Shown: positions 1 through 9,414, numbered from the stretch's first letter. The stretch: DNA of 64,000 nt from an uncultured Pelagibacteraceae bacterium (GCA_902543295.1 CACBXW010000003.1:134598-198597), one strand, 5' to 3'. Translations and numbers: made by a program. Notes: generated from the letters alone by a model not told the origin.

Positions 1-361
1 TTTCTTCTATTTCATCAGTATCAATTCTTTTTCTTAACTTTATAGAATAATTTCCTTTTGTTGTTGTTTTTGTCCAGTAACTATATCTTACATCTTTAAA
101 CGGAAGAGACTCATCATCAAGTTTAATTCTTCCTTTAATCTCATCGAATAAAACTTTTTGAATTTCTTTTGTATCTGACATTTGATGACTAAAATAATCA
201 TTTTCATCTTCAAGATATTTTCTCACCTCTGGCAATAATTTTGAACTATCTTTCAATACTTCAAGTATATTTTCCTGATGTATCCAACTATAATCGTCTT
301 CCCAAGTTACGTTGTGACAAGATTTTAATTCTGGTTTTTTTTTAAGCTGTGGTATTTTCAT
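1..361 (-). CDS. Oligopeptidase B / prolyl oligopeptidase (S9A) family protein, N-terminal part only (runs off left edge)
   Basis: Hand translation of the reverse strand from the ATG at 361-359 gives MKIPQLKKKPELKSCHNVTWEDDYSWIHQENILEVLKDSSKLLPEVRKYLEDENDYF... The DDYxW...YL..EN.Y pattern is typical of the protease II N-terminus. The frame stays open to position 1. It is absent from the ORF track because no stop lies in the window. Confidence 0.5.
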   Translation of the reverse strand, partial: MKIPQLKKKPELKSCHNVTWEDDYSWIHQENILEVLKDSSKLLPEVRKYLEDENDYFSHQMSDTKEIQKVLFDEIKGRIKLDDESLPFKDVRYSYWTKTTTKGNYSIKLRKRIDTDEIEE

Positions 362-378
362 TTAAATTTAATTAATTT

Positions 379-888
379 ATGAATATTTTTTTTGCAATAC
401 TAATAATCTTTATAATTCTTTATATTTTACTCAATTGGTTTGCCAAAACCTCAACAAAAAAAATATCAAAATTTGTAAGAACATTTATTATAATTTCTTC
501 AATATTGTTAGCGGTAATAATGGCATATGCAGGAAGATATATATTTTCCTTACCATTTATGTTGGCTATTTTGCCTTTAATTAAAACGAAAGCAGGTATT
601 TCTTTATTTCAGCTATTTAGGTTATGGGGACTTTTTAGAGTTTTAAAAAATTCTGGCAGATTTAATTTTAATCAATTTAATCAAAATATGTCATCTCAGA
701 ATATGAGTTTAGATGAAGCATATAGAATTTTAAATTTAGATCCCAAAAAAAAATATACAAAAGATGAAGTGATGAATTCTTATAAAAAAATTATGAAAAA
801 AATTCATCCAGATAGAAGTCCAGAATTAAATAATATTGCTACTTTAGTGAACCAAGCCAAAGACACAGTCTTAAAATCGGTTGTTTAA
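379..888 (+). CDS. Membrane-anchored J-domain co-chaperone (DnaJ-domain protein, Pam18/TimA-like architecture)
   Basis: The N-terminal half is hydrophobic (2-3 predicted TM segments). The C-terminal J domain carries an HPD motif (LDEAYRILNLDPKKKYTKDEVMNSYKKIMKKIHPDRSP). Confidence 0.7.
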   Translation: MNIFFAILIIFIILYILLNWFAKTSTKKISKFVRTFIIISSILLAVIMAYAGRYIFSLPFMLAILPLIKTKAGISLFQLFRLWGLFRVLKNSGRFNFNQFNQNMSSQNMSLDEAYRILNLDPKKKYTKDEVMNSYKKIMKKIHPDRSPELNNIATLVNQAKDTVLKSVV

Positions 889-1820
889 GTATAACTTAGT
901 ATTGATTTGTATACTTGTTCGACCTTAATTAAATTTGGATCAATTTCACTTCCATGTGTAATATTATTAACATCATATCCTTCAGGAATGATTCTTATAT
1001 GATTAGGAGTATAATCCGTATATGCTTTTGGTGAGTCCAATAAAATCACAAGGCTTGGTTTGCCAGATTGTGATGAAATATGTGAACCAAATGAATCATT
1101 CCCCACATACATATCTGCGGAAGCTATAAAAGGTATTACTTCTGAGATATTTTTGTTACTAAGGTCTGTAATATTATTTCCTTCAACCTTATCCATTATT
1201 TCTTGGGCAATTAATTTTTCATTAGGACCACATAAAATAAAAAAATTAAATTTATTTAGTTTATTTAACTCATTTATTAGATTTGAGTAATTATCAGTGC
1301 CCCATTTTGTTGTTGGACCTGAAGATCCAGCTCCTATTACAATGTTAAATTTTGATTTATCAAAATAAGTTGAGACACTTTTAAGTTTATTTTCATTTAT
1401 GTGAATTTTTGTGTATGTTTGACATTTCTCTATGTTTAATACATTCGCAGTAAACTTTTGTGCTGCGTTGATTAAATGAAGATTTTTTTTTTTAAATAAA
1501 GGATAGTGATAAATATCTTTTATTCCAGCCAACTTACACGCGATGAATATTCTAGGACTTGGATAGTAAATAAATATTTTATCAAAATTGTATTTTTTTA
1601 ATTCCGATGAAAAACTAAATATATTTTTAAATTTATTATATTTTTTATCTATTACTATGACTTCTTTAATTTTAGGATCATCCTCTAATGCATCCGATAA
1701 ATTCTTGCATAATGTAAAAATTGTTATAGGCCCAAACTTTTCAGATAATTGATGCACATAACTTAGATGTAACAAATTTGCTCCAAGACCTATATAGCTA
1801 AGATAAACACAAACTTTCAT
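885..1820 (-). CDS. Glycosyltransferase family 9 (LPS heptosyltransferase-like)
   Basis: GAGSSGPTTKWG and VGNDSFGSHIS motifs and a length of about 310 aa are typical of the RfaF/RfaC GT9 family. Confidence 0.7.
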   Translation of the reverse strand: MKVCVYLSYIGLGANLLHLSYVHQLSEKFGPITIFTLCKNLSDALEDDPKIKEVIVIDKKYNKFKNIFSFSSELKKYNFDKIFIYYPSPRIFIACKLAGIKDIYHYPLFKKKNLHLINAAQKFTANVLNIEKCQTYTKIHINENKLKSVSTYFDKSKFNIVIGAGSSGPTTKWGTDNYSNLINELNKLNKFNFFILCGPNEKLIAQEIMDKVEGNNITDLSNKNISEVIPFIASADMYVGNDSFGSHISSQSGKPSLVILLDSPKAYTDYTPNHIRIIPEGYDVNNITHGSEIDPNLIKVEQVYKSILSYT

Positions 1821-1893
1821 AAGTATTTAGAATATATTTTTTTATTATTTTTTTCTTAAATCTATTCTATAATTATAGTCATATAATTAAGTT

Positions 1894-2772
1894 ATGATTA
1901 ATGGAATATATGCAGCTACACTGTCAGTATTAGATAAAAATCTGGCGTTAAATAGTGAAAAAACGATTAAATATGCAGAAAATCTAATCGACAAAGGTTG
2001 CCATGGAGTAGTTTTTTTTGGAAGTACTGGACAATCACAACTCATATCTCTTTCGGAAAAAATTCAATTAATCAATTTGTTACCAAAAAGTAATTATAGA
2101 GATAAATTTATAATTGGAACTGGTCTTAATTCGCTAGTTGATAATATTAATTTGATAAAAATAGCCAAATCAAATGGGTTTAATAAATTTTTAATTATGC
2201 CCCCTGCCTATTATAAGTATAGCGATCACGATGTGGTTAATTTTTACTCAAGAATAATAGATGAAATTAATGAATGTAAAATAATTTTATATAATTTCGA
2301 AAAACTCTCAGGATATAAATTTAGTATTGGTTGTGTTGAAGAGCTGGTAAAAAAATTTCCAAGTCAAATAGTTGGAGTAAAAGACAGTTCTTATAATTTG
2401 TATGAAAATTTGAAAATAGATAATTTTTCAGTAATGCCAGGTTCAGAATCAAAATTATTGAAAGGACTCAAATTAGGTTGCTCTGGAATAATTACAGCAA
2501 CAACAAATGTTACTTCAATTTTGGCAAGAGATGTTTATGATAAATTTCAAAATGGATCAGATCAATCTTCAAACGAAAAGTTGTGTTTAGTAAGAAGCAT
2601 TTTTGATAAATTTAATTTAATCTCTGGATTACATACTTTTATGGCGCAAATTGATCAGGACTACCAGAATTTAATTCCACCATTGAAGTTATTAAATGAA
2701 AACGAAAAAAAAATATTTTTTGATGAACTTCAAAAGCTTGATTTTGACTTTAAGCACTTAAAAGCAGCATAA
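1894..2772 (+). CDS. Dihydrodipicolinate synthase / N-acetylneuraminate lyase family (class I aldolase) protein
   Basis: GSTGQ motif (FFGSTGQSQLIS), a Tyr in ILYNFE, and the Schiff-base lysine context VGVKDSS. Length is 292 aa. Substrate specificity is not determinable from sequence. Confidence 0.7.
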   Translation: MINGIYAATLSVLDKNLALNSEKTIKYAENLIDKGCHGVVFFGSTGQSQLISLSEKIQLINLLPKSNYRDKFIIGTGLNSLVDNINLIKIAKSNGFNKFLIMPPAYYKYSDHDVVNFYSRIIDEINECKIILYNFEKLSGYKFSIGCVEELVKKFPSQIVGVKDSSYNLYENLKIDNFSVMPGSESKLLKGLKLGCSGIITATTNVTSILARDVYDKFQNGSDQSSNEKLCLVRSIFDKFNLISGLHTFMAQIDQDYQNLIPPLKLLNENEKKIFFDELQKLDFDFKHLKAA

Positions 2773-3959
2773 TGAAACTTATAAATTTTTTAAATGATTT
2801 ATTCAAAGAAGATGGCTTTATCTTAATAGATTATAATTCTAATAGGTATGTAATTGGGAAACCTTTGAAAGAAACTCCAATAGAGTTGCAATTACTAGAT
2901 AAAAGCTTGCACCAAAAATTACTTTTTCATCCTGATTTATATTTTGGTGAAGCATATACTAATGGCTCTTTAAGATTAAAAAATGGAACCTTGACGGAAT
3001 TTCTTGATATAGCTTTTAAAAATATTGGAAGAGCAGATATTAATATTTATGGAAAGACATTAAATAAAATAAAGGGAACTTTAAAATATTTAACAAGTTT
3101 TAATAAAATTGTTAAATCTAAAAAAAATGTTGCACATCATTATGATATTTCAGAAAAATTATATGATTTGTTTCTTGATAAAAAAAGACAATATTCATGT
3201 GCATACTTCAAAAATGAGAATGATACTTTAGAAACTGCTCAAGAAAATAAAATTGATCACATAATTAAAAAACTTCATATACAGCCTAACCAAAAAGTTT
3301 TAGATATTGGATCTGGCTGGGGAACACTTGCAATTGACATTGCAAAAAAAACAAAAGCTTCAGTTACTGGAATTACACTTTCAGAAAATCAATTGAAATA
3401 TAGCCAAGAAAAAGCCAAAGAATTAAATTTAGATAATCAAGTTGAATTTAAATTAATAGATTACAGACAATTGAATGAAAAATTTGATAGGATAGTTAGT
3501 GTTGGAATGTTTGAACATGTTGGAAAAAAATTCTATCAAACCTATTTTAATAGAGTGTCTCAAATGTTAAAAAAGGATGGAGTAGCTTTGATACACACAA
3601 TTGGATCAAATCTACCACCTAGAGACCCACAGCCTTGGATAACAAAATATATATTTCCTGGTGGATATACCCCTAGTTTAAGCGAAATAGCGAGGCCAAT
3701 AGAGGATTCTGGACTTATAGCTACAGATATAGAGATTTTAAGGATGCACTATGCTCACACATTAAGAAATTGGAAAGAAAGGTTTCTATCAAAAAAAGAT
3801 CAAGTTTTAGAAATGTTTGATGAAAAATTTTTAAGGATGTGGGAATTTTATCTTACAAGTTGTGAAATGGCTTTTAAATGGGGAGATCAAGTTGTATTTC
3901 AACTTCAGCTAACTAAAGATATTAGATCTGTTCCTAATACTAGAGACTATATTTATTAA
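2772..3959 (+). CDS. cfa: Cyclopropane-fatty-acyl-phospholipid synthase family SAM-dependent methyltransferase
   Basis: SAM motif VLDIGSGWGTLAI, HYD..N.FY-type region (AHHYDISEKLYDLFLD) and the C-terminal CMAS-family signature WEFYLTSCEMAF. Confidence 0.8.
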   Translation: MKLINFLNDLFKEDGFILIDYNSNRYVIGKPLKETPIELQLLDKSLHQKLLFHPDLYFGEAYTNGSLRLKNGTLTEFLDIAFKNIGRADINIYGKTLNKIKGTLKYLTSFNKIVKSKKNVAHHYDISEKLYDLFLDKKRQYSCAYFKNENDTLETAQENKIDHIIKKLHIQPNQKVLDIGSGWGTLAIDIAKKTKASVTGITLSENQLKYSQEKAKELNLDNQVEFKLIDYRQLNEKFDRIVSVGMFEHVGKKFYQTYFNRVSQMLKKDGVALIHTIGSNLPPRDPQPWITKYIFPGGYTPSLSEIARPIEDSGLIATDIEILRMHYAHTLRNWKERFLSKKDQVLEMFDEKFLRMWEFYLTSCEMAFKWGDQVVFQLQLTKDIRSVPNTRDYIY

Positions 3960-3988
3960 AAATTAGCTGATAAAGCTGTATTTCTTAA

Positions 3989-5167
3989 ATGAAAAAAAAG
4001 AAAAAAAAAACTAAAAAAAAAAGTCTAAAAATAAAAGTTAAAAAATCAAAAAAAAAAATCAAATCAAAATTAAAAAAAAAAAGATCTAAATTAAAGAAAA
4101 CAATAACAAAAAGATCAAATCGGAGAAAAAAAATAAAAAAAGTTAAGTTAAAGACAAGTACTGAAAAGGGTATTATTTCAAGAACGGTCAGACTTGAGGA
4201 AGATTTAAAAAATAAGTTTTCTTTCAAATTTAGTTTTAATTTATTAGCAATTGATAAATTAATACAAAAATTTTTTCAAAGTATAGAATTTAGATTAATT
4301 CGTTTTAAAGAAATAAGAGCTGAGGAAAAAAGGCAAATTAAACTTGAGAAAATAGAACAGGCAGAAAAGGAAAAAATCGAAATTGAGAAACAAAAGAAAG
4401 CAGATGAGTTAGCTTTTTTAAAAGAAAAAGAAATCCAGTTAAAACAAGAACAAAAATTAGAAAGAGAAAGAGCAAAAGATATAAAATTATTCTTAAGAAA
4501 AGAACAGGCTATACTAAGAAAAGAGCAGGCGGAGAGACAAAAGAAATTTTTACAAGAATTAAAATTAGAAAAGCAAATAGAAAAGTTTAGAATAAGAGAG
4601 GTAAAAGAACTAGAACAACTAGAAAAATTAGCTTTAAGAGAAAAGAGAGAAGATTATTCAGGATTACAAGAACGTATCGAAAAATTAAAGTTAAAATATC
4701 AACAAATAAGAGATCAGAAAATAAGAGAACGAGTTGAAGCATTAGGTGTAGAAACACAAGAAGGAGACGATAGAGCAAAATTACTTCAAAGAGAAAGAGA
4801 GTATACTTTAGCTAGGCAAAAAATTGAGTTTGCACTTGAAAGCTTCTACAGAAGTGCGAATAGTTTAGTTTTTCAACTTAACAAAAGATATATAACTAAA
4901 CATATGTCTATCTTGAGATGCATAGACAGAAGATTCGAAACTGGAGAGATATTTATAAAATGGGATGAGACAATTGATGATGAGTGGTTAATACTAATTT
5001 ATATTAAAAATAATTCTCCAGATGAAGGCATAGTAATTGAAGATAAAACAAATGAAGAAAAAAATATTTCACATGAATTTAAACCCAGTGAAATTTTTAA
5101 AGCCTCAGATTTAATGGTAGATTCATTAACTCAGCTGATTGCAAAAAAAAGATCTAAGAACAATTAA
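3989..5167 (+). CDS. Hypothetical Lys-rich / coiled-coil protein with a globular C-terminal domain
   Basis: The roughly 55-aa N-terminus is almost entirely K/S/T/R and is encoded by A8-A11 runs. A roughly 200-aa E/K/R/Q heptad-like region follows, then a roughly 110-aa non-repetitive C-terminus. I recognise no family. Confidence 0.55.
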   Translation: MKKKKKKTKKKSLKIKVKKSKKKIKSKLKKKRSKLKKTITKRSNRRKKIKKVKLKTSTEKGIISRTVRLEEDLKNKFSFKFSFNLLAIDKLIQKFFQSIEFRLIRFKEIRAEEKRQIKLEKIEQAEKEKIEIEKQKKADELAFLKEKEIQLKQEQKLERERAKDIKLFLRKEQAILRKEQAERQKKFLQELKLEKQIEKFRIREVKELEQLEKLALREKREDYSGLQERIEKLKLKYQQIRDQKIRERVEALGVETQEGDDRAKLLQREREYTLARQKIEFALESFYRSANSLVFQLNKRYITKHMSILRCIDRRFETGEIFIKWDETIDDEWLILIYIKNNSPDEGIVIEDKTNEEKNISHEFKPSEIFKASDLMVDSLTQLIAKKRSKNN

Positions 5168-5712
5168 ATTTGTTGGTCTTTGATAATTTTTTCTATTAAC
5201 TTTATATTTTCTCCACTTTTGATTAATGGATAAATAGATTTCGCTTTTCTTAAGTCATCAATTGCTTTTTCATATTGTTTATATGATAAATAAATTTGAG
5301 CTCTCCCTGATAATGCTCCAAAATGTCTTGGCTCTAGATCTAAAACTTTTTCAATATCATCTAACGATTTCTCATAATCCCCTAATATAAATAGTAATGT
5401 TGCTCTCTTATTCCAACCTTCCGCCCATTTTGGGTCTTCATTAATCACATCTGTAAATAGTTTTAGTGCCATTCTATACTGCTGATGATACATGGAATAA
5501 GTTCCGTTCTCTAATTTGTTCGTCAGATAATCATTGTTTGGGTGTCTTGTCCATTTATTCCAAATTTGATCCTCTAGCTTTTCTGCTTGTTGTAAATTTT
5601 TTGCATTAAGCAATTCTTTAAACAATATATTTAAATTGTCTGAATACACATTATTTGTACTTACAAATAAAAATATAATTATAAAACTTATATGTTTTTT
5701 AATCACTGACAT
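5164..5712 (-). CDS. Secreted tetratricopeptide (TPR) repeat protein
   Basis: N-terminal signal peptide (FIIIFLFVSTNNVYS). TPR-like repeats (W..RA.L....GDYEKSL.D..K.L.L.P, ...Y..KQYEKAI.D..KA). Confidence 0.65.
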   Translation of the reverse strand: MSVIKKHISFIIIFLFVSTNNVYSDNLNILFKELLNAKNLQQAEKLEDQIWNKWTRHPNNDYLTNKLENGTYSMYHQQYRMALKLFTDVINEDPKWAEGWNKRATLLFILGDYEKSLDDIEKVLDLEPRHFGALSGRAQIYLSYKQYEKAIDDLRKAKSIYPLIKSGENIKLIEKIIKDQQI

Positions 5713-7123
5713 ATACAGATACTCCTCTAGAATTAATGTCTACATCAAATTTTTTATGCAATGGTGGAAAAGCTCTTTGAGAACAATCCAGTCTATCACA
5801 AGTTCTACATGAAACCCCCACAGGTATCTCCGATTTTTTATCATTCAAATCTAAGTTTTCTGTATAAACAAAATCTCTTGCATATTTGGCTTCACATCCA
5901 AGTCCAATAGATAACATACTTTTTTTTTGTCCATATCTTCCTATACCTTTTTCAACAGTTCTTGCTATACATACATACTTTTCGCCATTAGTCATTTTAC
6001 TTACTGCAGCTTGTATAACACCAGGTCTAGAAAAAGCTGAATATACATTCCATCGAGGACAAGCACCACCATAACGTGGTATTTCAATGCCTGACAATGA
6101 AAATCTTTTTGAAATATTACCAGCGACATCTACTCTTAAAAAATGAAAAGGAACCCCAGGTAATTTTGGATCATTCAAACATGTTACTCTATGTGTGACT
6201 TGTTCGAACGAAGTTGCAAAAGTATTTTGCAATAACTCTAAATCATATTTAAGTTTTTTACATTCAGAATGAAATAATTTGTAGGGCATTAAAATTGCTG
6301 CACCACAATAATTTAATAAAGCAACTTTTGTTAATTTTTTCGATTCTTCATTTGGATAATTAAAAGTATCAAGATAAGAATTTATTATGTCACTAGCCCC
6401 CTCTTGTGCAATTTGAGCTGCAGCATGTAATTTCTTTGTTTCCAAAGACAAATAATCAGACAATAGCAACTTTCTATTTTTTTTATCATAAATTTTTGAA
6501 AAGGGTTTTCCTTCCTCAGGAATTATATCTTGTACTTCAATTTTATACTCTGATTTTAAATAATCACATAAAGCAATATATCTTGTTCTATTATTTTGTT
6601 TTATTTGCTCAAAGATTTGATTCGCAAATTCCTCTAGTTTTGGAAAAAAATTTCTATTTTCTTGCAAAAAATCTGAAATTACTTCTCCAGGAAATGAGTT
6701 TTTTCTATTATCTACAATTTTTCCTGAAAGTTTTTCAATTTTGTTAACCAATTCATGATCTTTTTTTTTTAAAATGTCTCCTAATCTTATTAGAGCTTTA
6801 CCAATTTTTGGATTACTATTTGCAAGATCTTTAACTTCTGGACCAACTATATCCAAATCTTCAAAAAGTTGATCATCAAGCAATTCTGAAATTGTGTTGA
6901 CCATATTGATATCTGATTTATTTGTTAGATCGCTAATGTTGATGCTTAACTCCTCACAAATTTTTAAAAGTAATTCCCCGTCAATTTTTCTTTTACCTCC
7001 CTCGATTAAAGCTAAATAACTTGGTGAAATGTTAAGTTGCGAGGCTAGTTTGTTTGCCTGCATACCTAGCTGTCTTCTAAAAGCTTTTATTTTTGGACCA
7101 ATGTTTAATTCTACTTGACTCAT
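5699..7123 (-). CDS. XRE-family transcriptional regulator of the short-chain fatty acyl-CoA regulator (ScfR; RamB/PrpR-like) type
   Basis: N-terminal Cro/C1 HTH (IKAFRRQLGMQANKLASQLNISPSYLALIEGGKR), a central ImmA/IrrE-like region, and a C-terminal Cys-rich domain (GGACPRW, GLGCEAKY, SCRTCDRLDCSQRAFPP). It lies divergent from aceA, as RamB/PrpR regulators do. Confidence 0.7.
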   Translation of the reverse strand: MSQVELNIGPKIKAFRRQLGMQANKLASQLNISPSYLALIEGGKRKIDGELLLKICEELSINISDLTNKSDINMVNTISELLDDQLFEDLDIVGPEVKDLANSNPKIGKALIRLGDILKKKDHELVNKIEKLSGKIVDNRKNSFPGEVISDFLQENRNFFPKLEEFANQIFEQIKQNNRTRYIALCDYLKSEYKIEVQDIIPEEGKPFSKIYDKKNRKLLLSDYLSLETKKLHAAAQIAQEGASDIINSYLDTFNYPNEESKKLTKVALLNYCGAAILMPYKLFHSECKKLKYDLELLQNTFATSFEQVTHRVTCLNDPKLPGVPFHFLRVDVAGNISKRFSLSGIEIPRYGGACPRWNVYSAFSRPGVIQAAVSKMTNGEKYVCIARTVEKGIGRYGQKKSMLSIGLGCEAKYARDFVYTENLDLNDKKSEIPVGVSCRTCDRLDCSQRAFPPLHKKFDVDINSRGVSVYVSD

Positions 7124-7130
7124 TTACTAT

Positions 7131-7159
7131 TTGTAAACTTTGTAAATTATTATTTACAA
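7131..7159. promoter_or_regulatory. Candidate operator: RamB-box-like TAAACTTTGTAAA plus an 8-bp inverted repeat TTGTAAAT-N4-ATTTACAA
   Basis: Read directly. TTGTAAA occurs at 7131 and 7140. The palindrome arms are 7140-7147 and 7152-7159. The site lies 8-36 nt upstream of the regulator start codon. Confidence 0.45.
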
Positions 7160-7203
7160 AAAATTTATTGTATTTACTAGACTTTTAACATTTTTTGTAG
7201 ATT

Positions 7204-7233
7204 TTGTAAATATTGTAAATTATAAAGTTTACA
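7204..7233. promoter_or_regulatory. Second cluster of TTGTAAA/TTTACA motifs (candidate operator)
   Basis: TTGTAAA at 7204-7210 and 7213-7219. Inverted TTTACA at 7228-7233. Confidence 0.35.
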
Positions 7234-7394
7234 TGGACAAAAAAACTATAAAAAACATTGAAACTAGTTCTCAAACTACAAATCACCAAGAGCACCAAGA
7301 GCATAGAAGCAGAGGGGTTTATTTAAGAGATGACCACTGCGATTGGGGATCAAGTGGAATGAATGAGTTTACAGAAGAATATAACGAAAAGTAA
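7233..7394 (+). CDS. Possible small ORF (53 aa) in the regulator-aceA intergenic region
   Basis: Hand translation: [53 protein letters not shown]. It is below the ORF-track length cutoff. There is no obvious SD. The composition is less AT-biased than the surrounding spacer. Confidence 0.3.
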   Translation: MDKKTIKNIETSSQTTNHQEHQEHRSRGVYLRDDHCDWGSSGMNEFTEEYNEK

Positions 7395-7423
7395 AAAGAA
7401 CTAGTTTTTTTAAAGGGGGAATA

Positions 7424-8698
7424 ATGTCAGCCGAGAAAATCTCGTACGAGTTGAAAAGATTTGCAGGAATACAAAGGGATTATAAGCCAGAAGAAGTAGA
7501 AAGGTTAAGAGGATCCATTAAAATTGAGTATTCAATGTGTAAACAGCAATCTCAAAAACTCTGGAGATTGTTGAATACAGAGCCATATGTAAACACACTT
7601 GGTTCTTTATCAGGAAATCAAGCTGTTCAACATGCAAAAGCAGGTTTAAAAGCGATCTATTTAAGTGGTTGGCAAGTTGCAGCAGACGCAAACAGTGCTG
7701 GTGAAATGTATCCTGATCAATCTTTATATCCTTACGACAGCGCACCTAAATTAGTTGAGTCTATGAATAATTCTTTAATTAGAGCTGATCAAATTCAGCA
7801 TATGGAAATAGCAGATGGAGATATGAATAGCGGCGAAAGAACTGATTACATGTTGCCAATTATTGCAGATGGTGAAGCAGGATTTGGCGGGCCGTTAAAT
7901 GTATTTGAGCTAACAAAAAAATTTATAAAAGCTGGTGCAGCCGGGGTTCATTTTGAAGACCAACTAGCTAGTGAAAAAAAATGTGGACATATGGGTGGTA
8001 AGGTACTTGTTCCTACTGGAACCATGGTCCGAAATCTAAAAGCAGCAAGATTGGCAGCTGATATTGCCGACGTTCCTCTCATTATTCTTGCAAGAACAGA
8101 TGCCAACGCTGCGAAACTAATAACAAACGATTTTGATGAAAATGACAAACCGTTTTTAACTGGAGAAAGATCACCTGAAGGCTTTTATTATGTAAAAGAT
8201 GGTATTGATCAAGCAATCTCAAGAGGGTTAGCTTATGCACCTTACGCAGATTTAATATGGTGTGAAACTGCAACACCTAATTTAGAAGAAGCAAAAAAGT
8301 TTGCTGATGCAATACATGCAAAATTTCCTGGAAAGATGTTGGCTTATAATTGCTCCCCATCATTTAATTGGAAGAAACATTTATCTGATGATGAGATTGC
8401 AACATTTCAAACTAAAATTGGAATGATGGGATATAAATTTCAATTTATAACTTTAGCGGGTTTCCATACGCAAAATATTGCTATTTTCGAGCTTGCAGAA
8501 AAGTATAAAAAGGAAGGTATGACTGCTTACTCTAGAATACAACAAAATGAATTTGCTAGAGAAAAAGATGGATATACCAGTGTTAAACATCAACGAGAAG
8601 TTGGCACTTCTTATTTTGATGCAGTTTCCAATACAATAAGTTCTGGAAAGAGCTCCACAACAGCAATGGAAGGCTCGACAGAAACTGAGCAATTTTAA
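7424..8698 (+). CDS. aceA: Isocitrate lyase
   Basis: Contains the ICL signature KKCGHMGGK. Length is 424 aa. A strong SD (AAAGGGGGAATAATG) precedes the start. Confidence 0.95.
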   Translation: MSAEKISYELKRFAGIQRDYKPEEVERLRGSIKIEYSMCKQQSQKLWRLLNTEPYVNTLGSLSGNQAVQHAKAGLKAIYLSGWQVAADANSAGEMYPDQSLYPYDSAPKLVESMNNSLIRADQIQHMEIADGDMNSGERTDYMLPIIADGEAGFGGPLNVFELTKKFIKAGAAGVHFEDQLASEKKCGHMGGKVLVPTGTMVRNLKAARLAADIADVPLIILARTDANAAKLITNDFDENDKPFLTGERSPEGFYYVKDGIDQAISRGLAYAPYADLIWCETATPNLEEAKKFADAIHAKFPGKMLAYNCSPSFNWKKHLSDDEIATFQTKIGMMGYKFQFITLAGFHTQNIAIFELAEKYKKEGMTAYSRIQQNEFAREKDGYTSVKHQREVGTSYFDAVSNTISSGKSSTTAMEGSTETEQF

Positions 8699-9414
8699 TT
8701 ACTCTTTAGCTTTTGGATTTGATCCCAGGCTGAATTAATAGCTCTCATTTTCTTTTTACTTTCCTCAATAACTTCCTGAGGAACTCCTTTACTTAGAAGT
8801 AAGTCAGGATGATGTTCTTTACTTAATTTTAAATATCTTTTTCTAATATCTGTAAGATTATCATCAGGTTTGCTCTCTAATACCACATATGGATTGAGTT
8901 TATCTGATGATTTTCTACCCTCAACTATTCCATTGAACTGAGCATCACTAAGACCAAATAATTGGGAAACATGTTGTATCATTCTAAATTCTTGATCACT
9001 TATATTTCCATCAGCTTCTGCAATATAAAATAATATATTAATGACTTCTTCCAACACATTTATATTTCCTTGATAGATCTGAGCTATTTGTTTTGCATAT
9101 GGTTCGTAACCAGTGCTTTCTTCTTTAGCTTTATTAAAAATTTTTCCAACTTCATCTAATTCATGTTCTGGAATTTTGAGTTTATCTTTTACCGCTATTA
9201 ATTCCTCTCTACTAACCTGGCCGTCTGCTTTACTCAGTTTAGCTGATAAAACTATAAGAGCTAATGCAAAAACTTGTTGAGGTTGTGCAAAAGATTTAAA
9301 TGTTGATCTCGATCTTGATACTTTTCCACCAATTAAGGAACCCAATAGCATCCCAAACGGTCCTCCTAAAGAAAAACCGATCATCCCACCAATTAAACTT
9401 CCCCAGATAGACAT
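8695..9414 (-). CDS. djlA: DjlA-type co-chaperone (Gly-zipper TM anchor, TerB-like domain, C-terminal J domain)
   Basis: N-terminal GxxxG-rich TM segment, a central TerB-like region, and a C-terminal J domain with HPD ([18 protein letters not shown]). Confidence 0.75.
   Translation of the reverse strand: MSIWGSLIGGMIGFSLGGPFGMLLGSLIGGKVSRSRSTFKSFAQPQQVFALALIVLSAKLSKADGQVSREELIAVKDKLKIPEHELDEVGKIFNKAKEESTGYEPYAKQIAQIYQGNINVLEEVINILFYIAEADGNISDQEFRMIQHVSQLFGLSDAQFNGIVEGRKSSDKLNPYVVLESKPDDNLTDIRKRYLKLSKEHHPDLLLSKGVPQEVIEESKKKMRAINSAWDQIQKLKSN

Noticed and set aside
3985-4227. 80-aa minus-strand ORF (poly-Phe, FFFFFFI)
   Set aside because: It is the antisense shadow of the poly-A / poly-Lys tract of the 3989-5167 gene. 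The low-complexity poly-F translation is not a plausible protein.
6406-6747. 113-aa + strand ORF inside the ScfR-type regulator
   Set aside because: It is antisense to a gene with clear domain architecture, and its translation is low-complexity.
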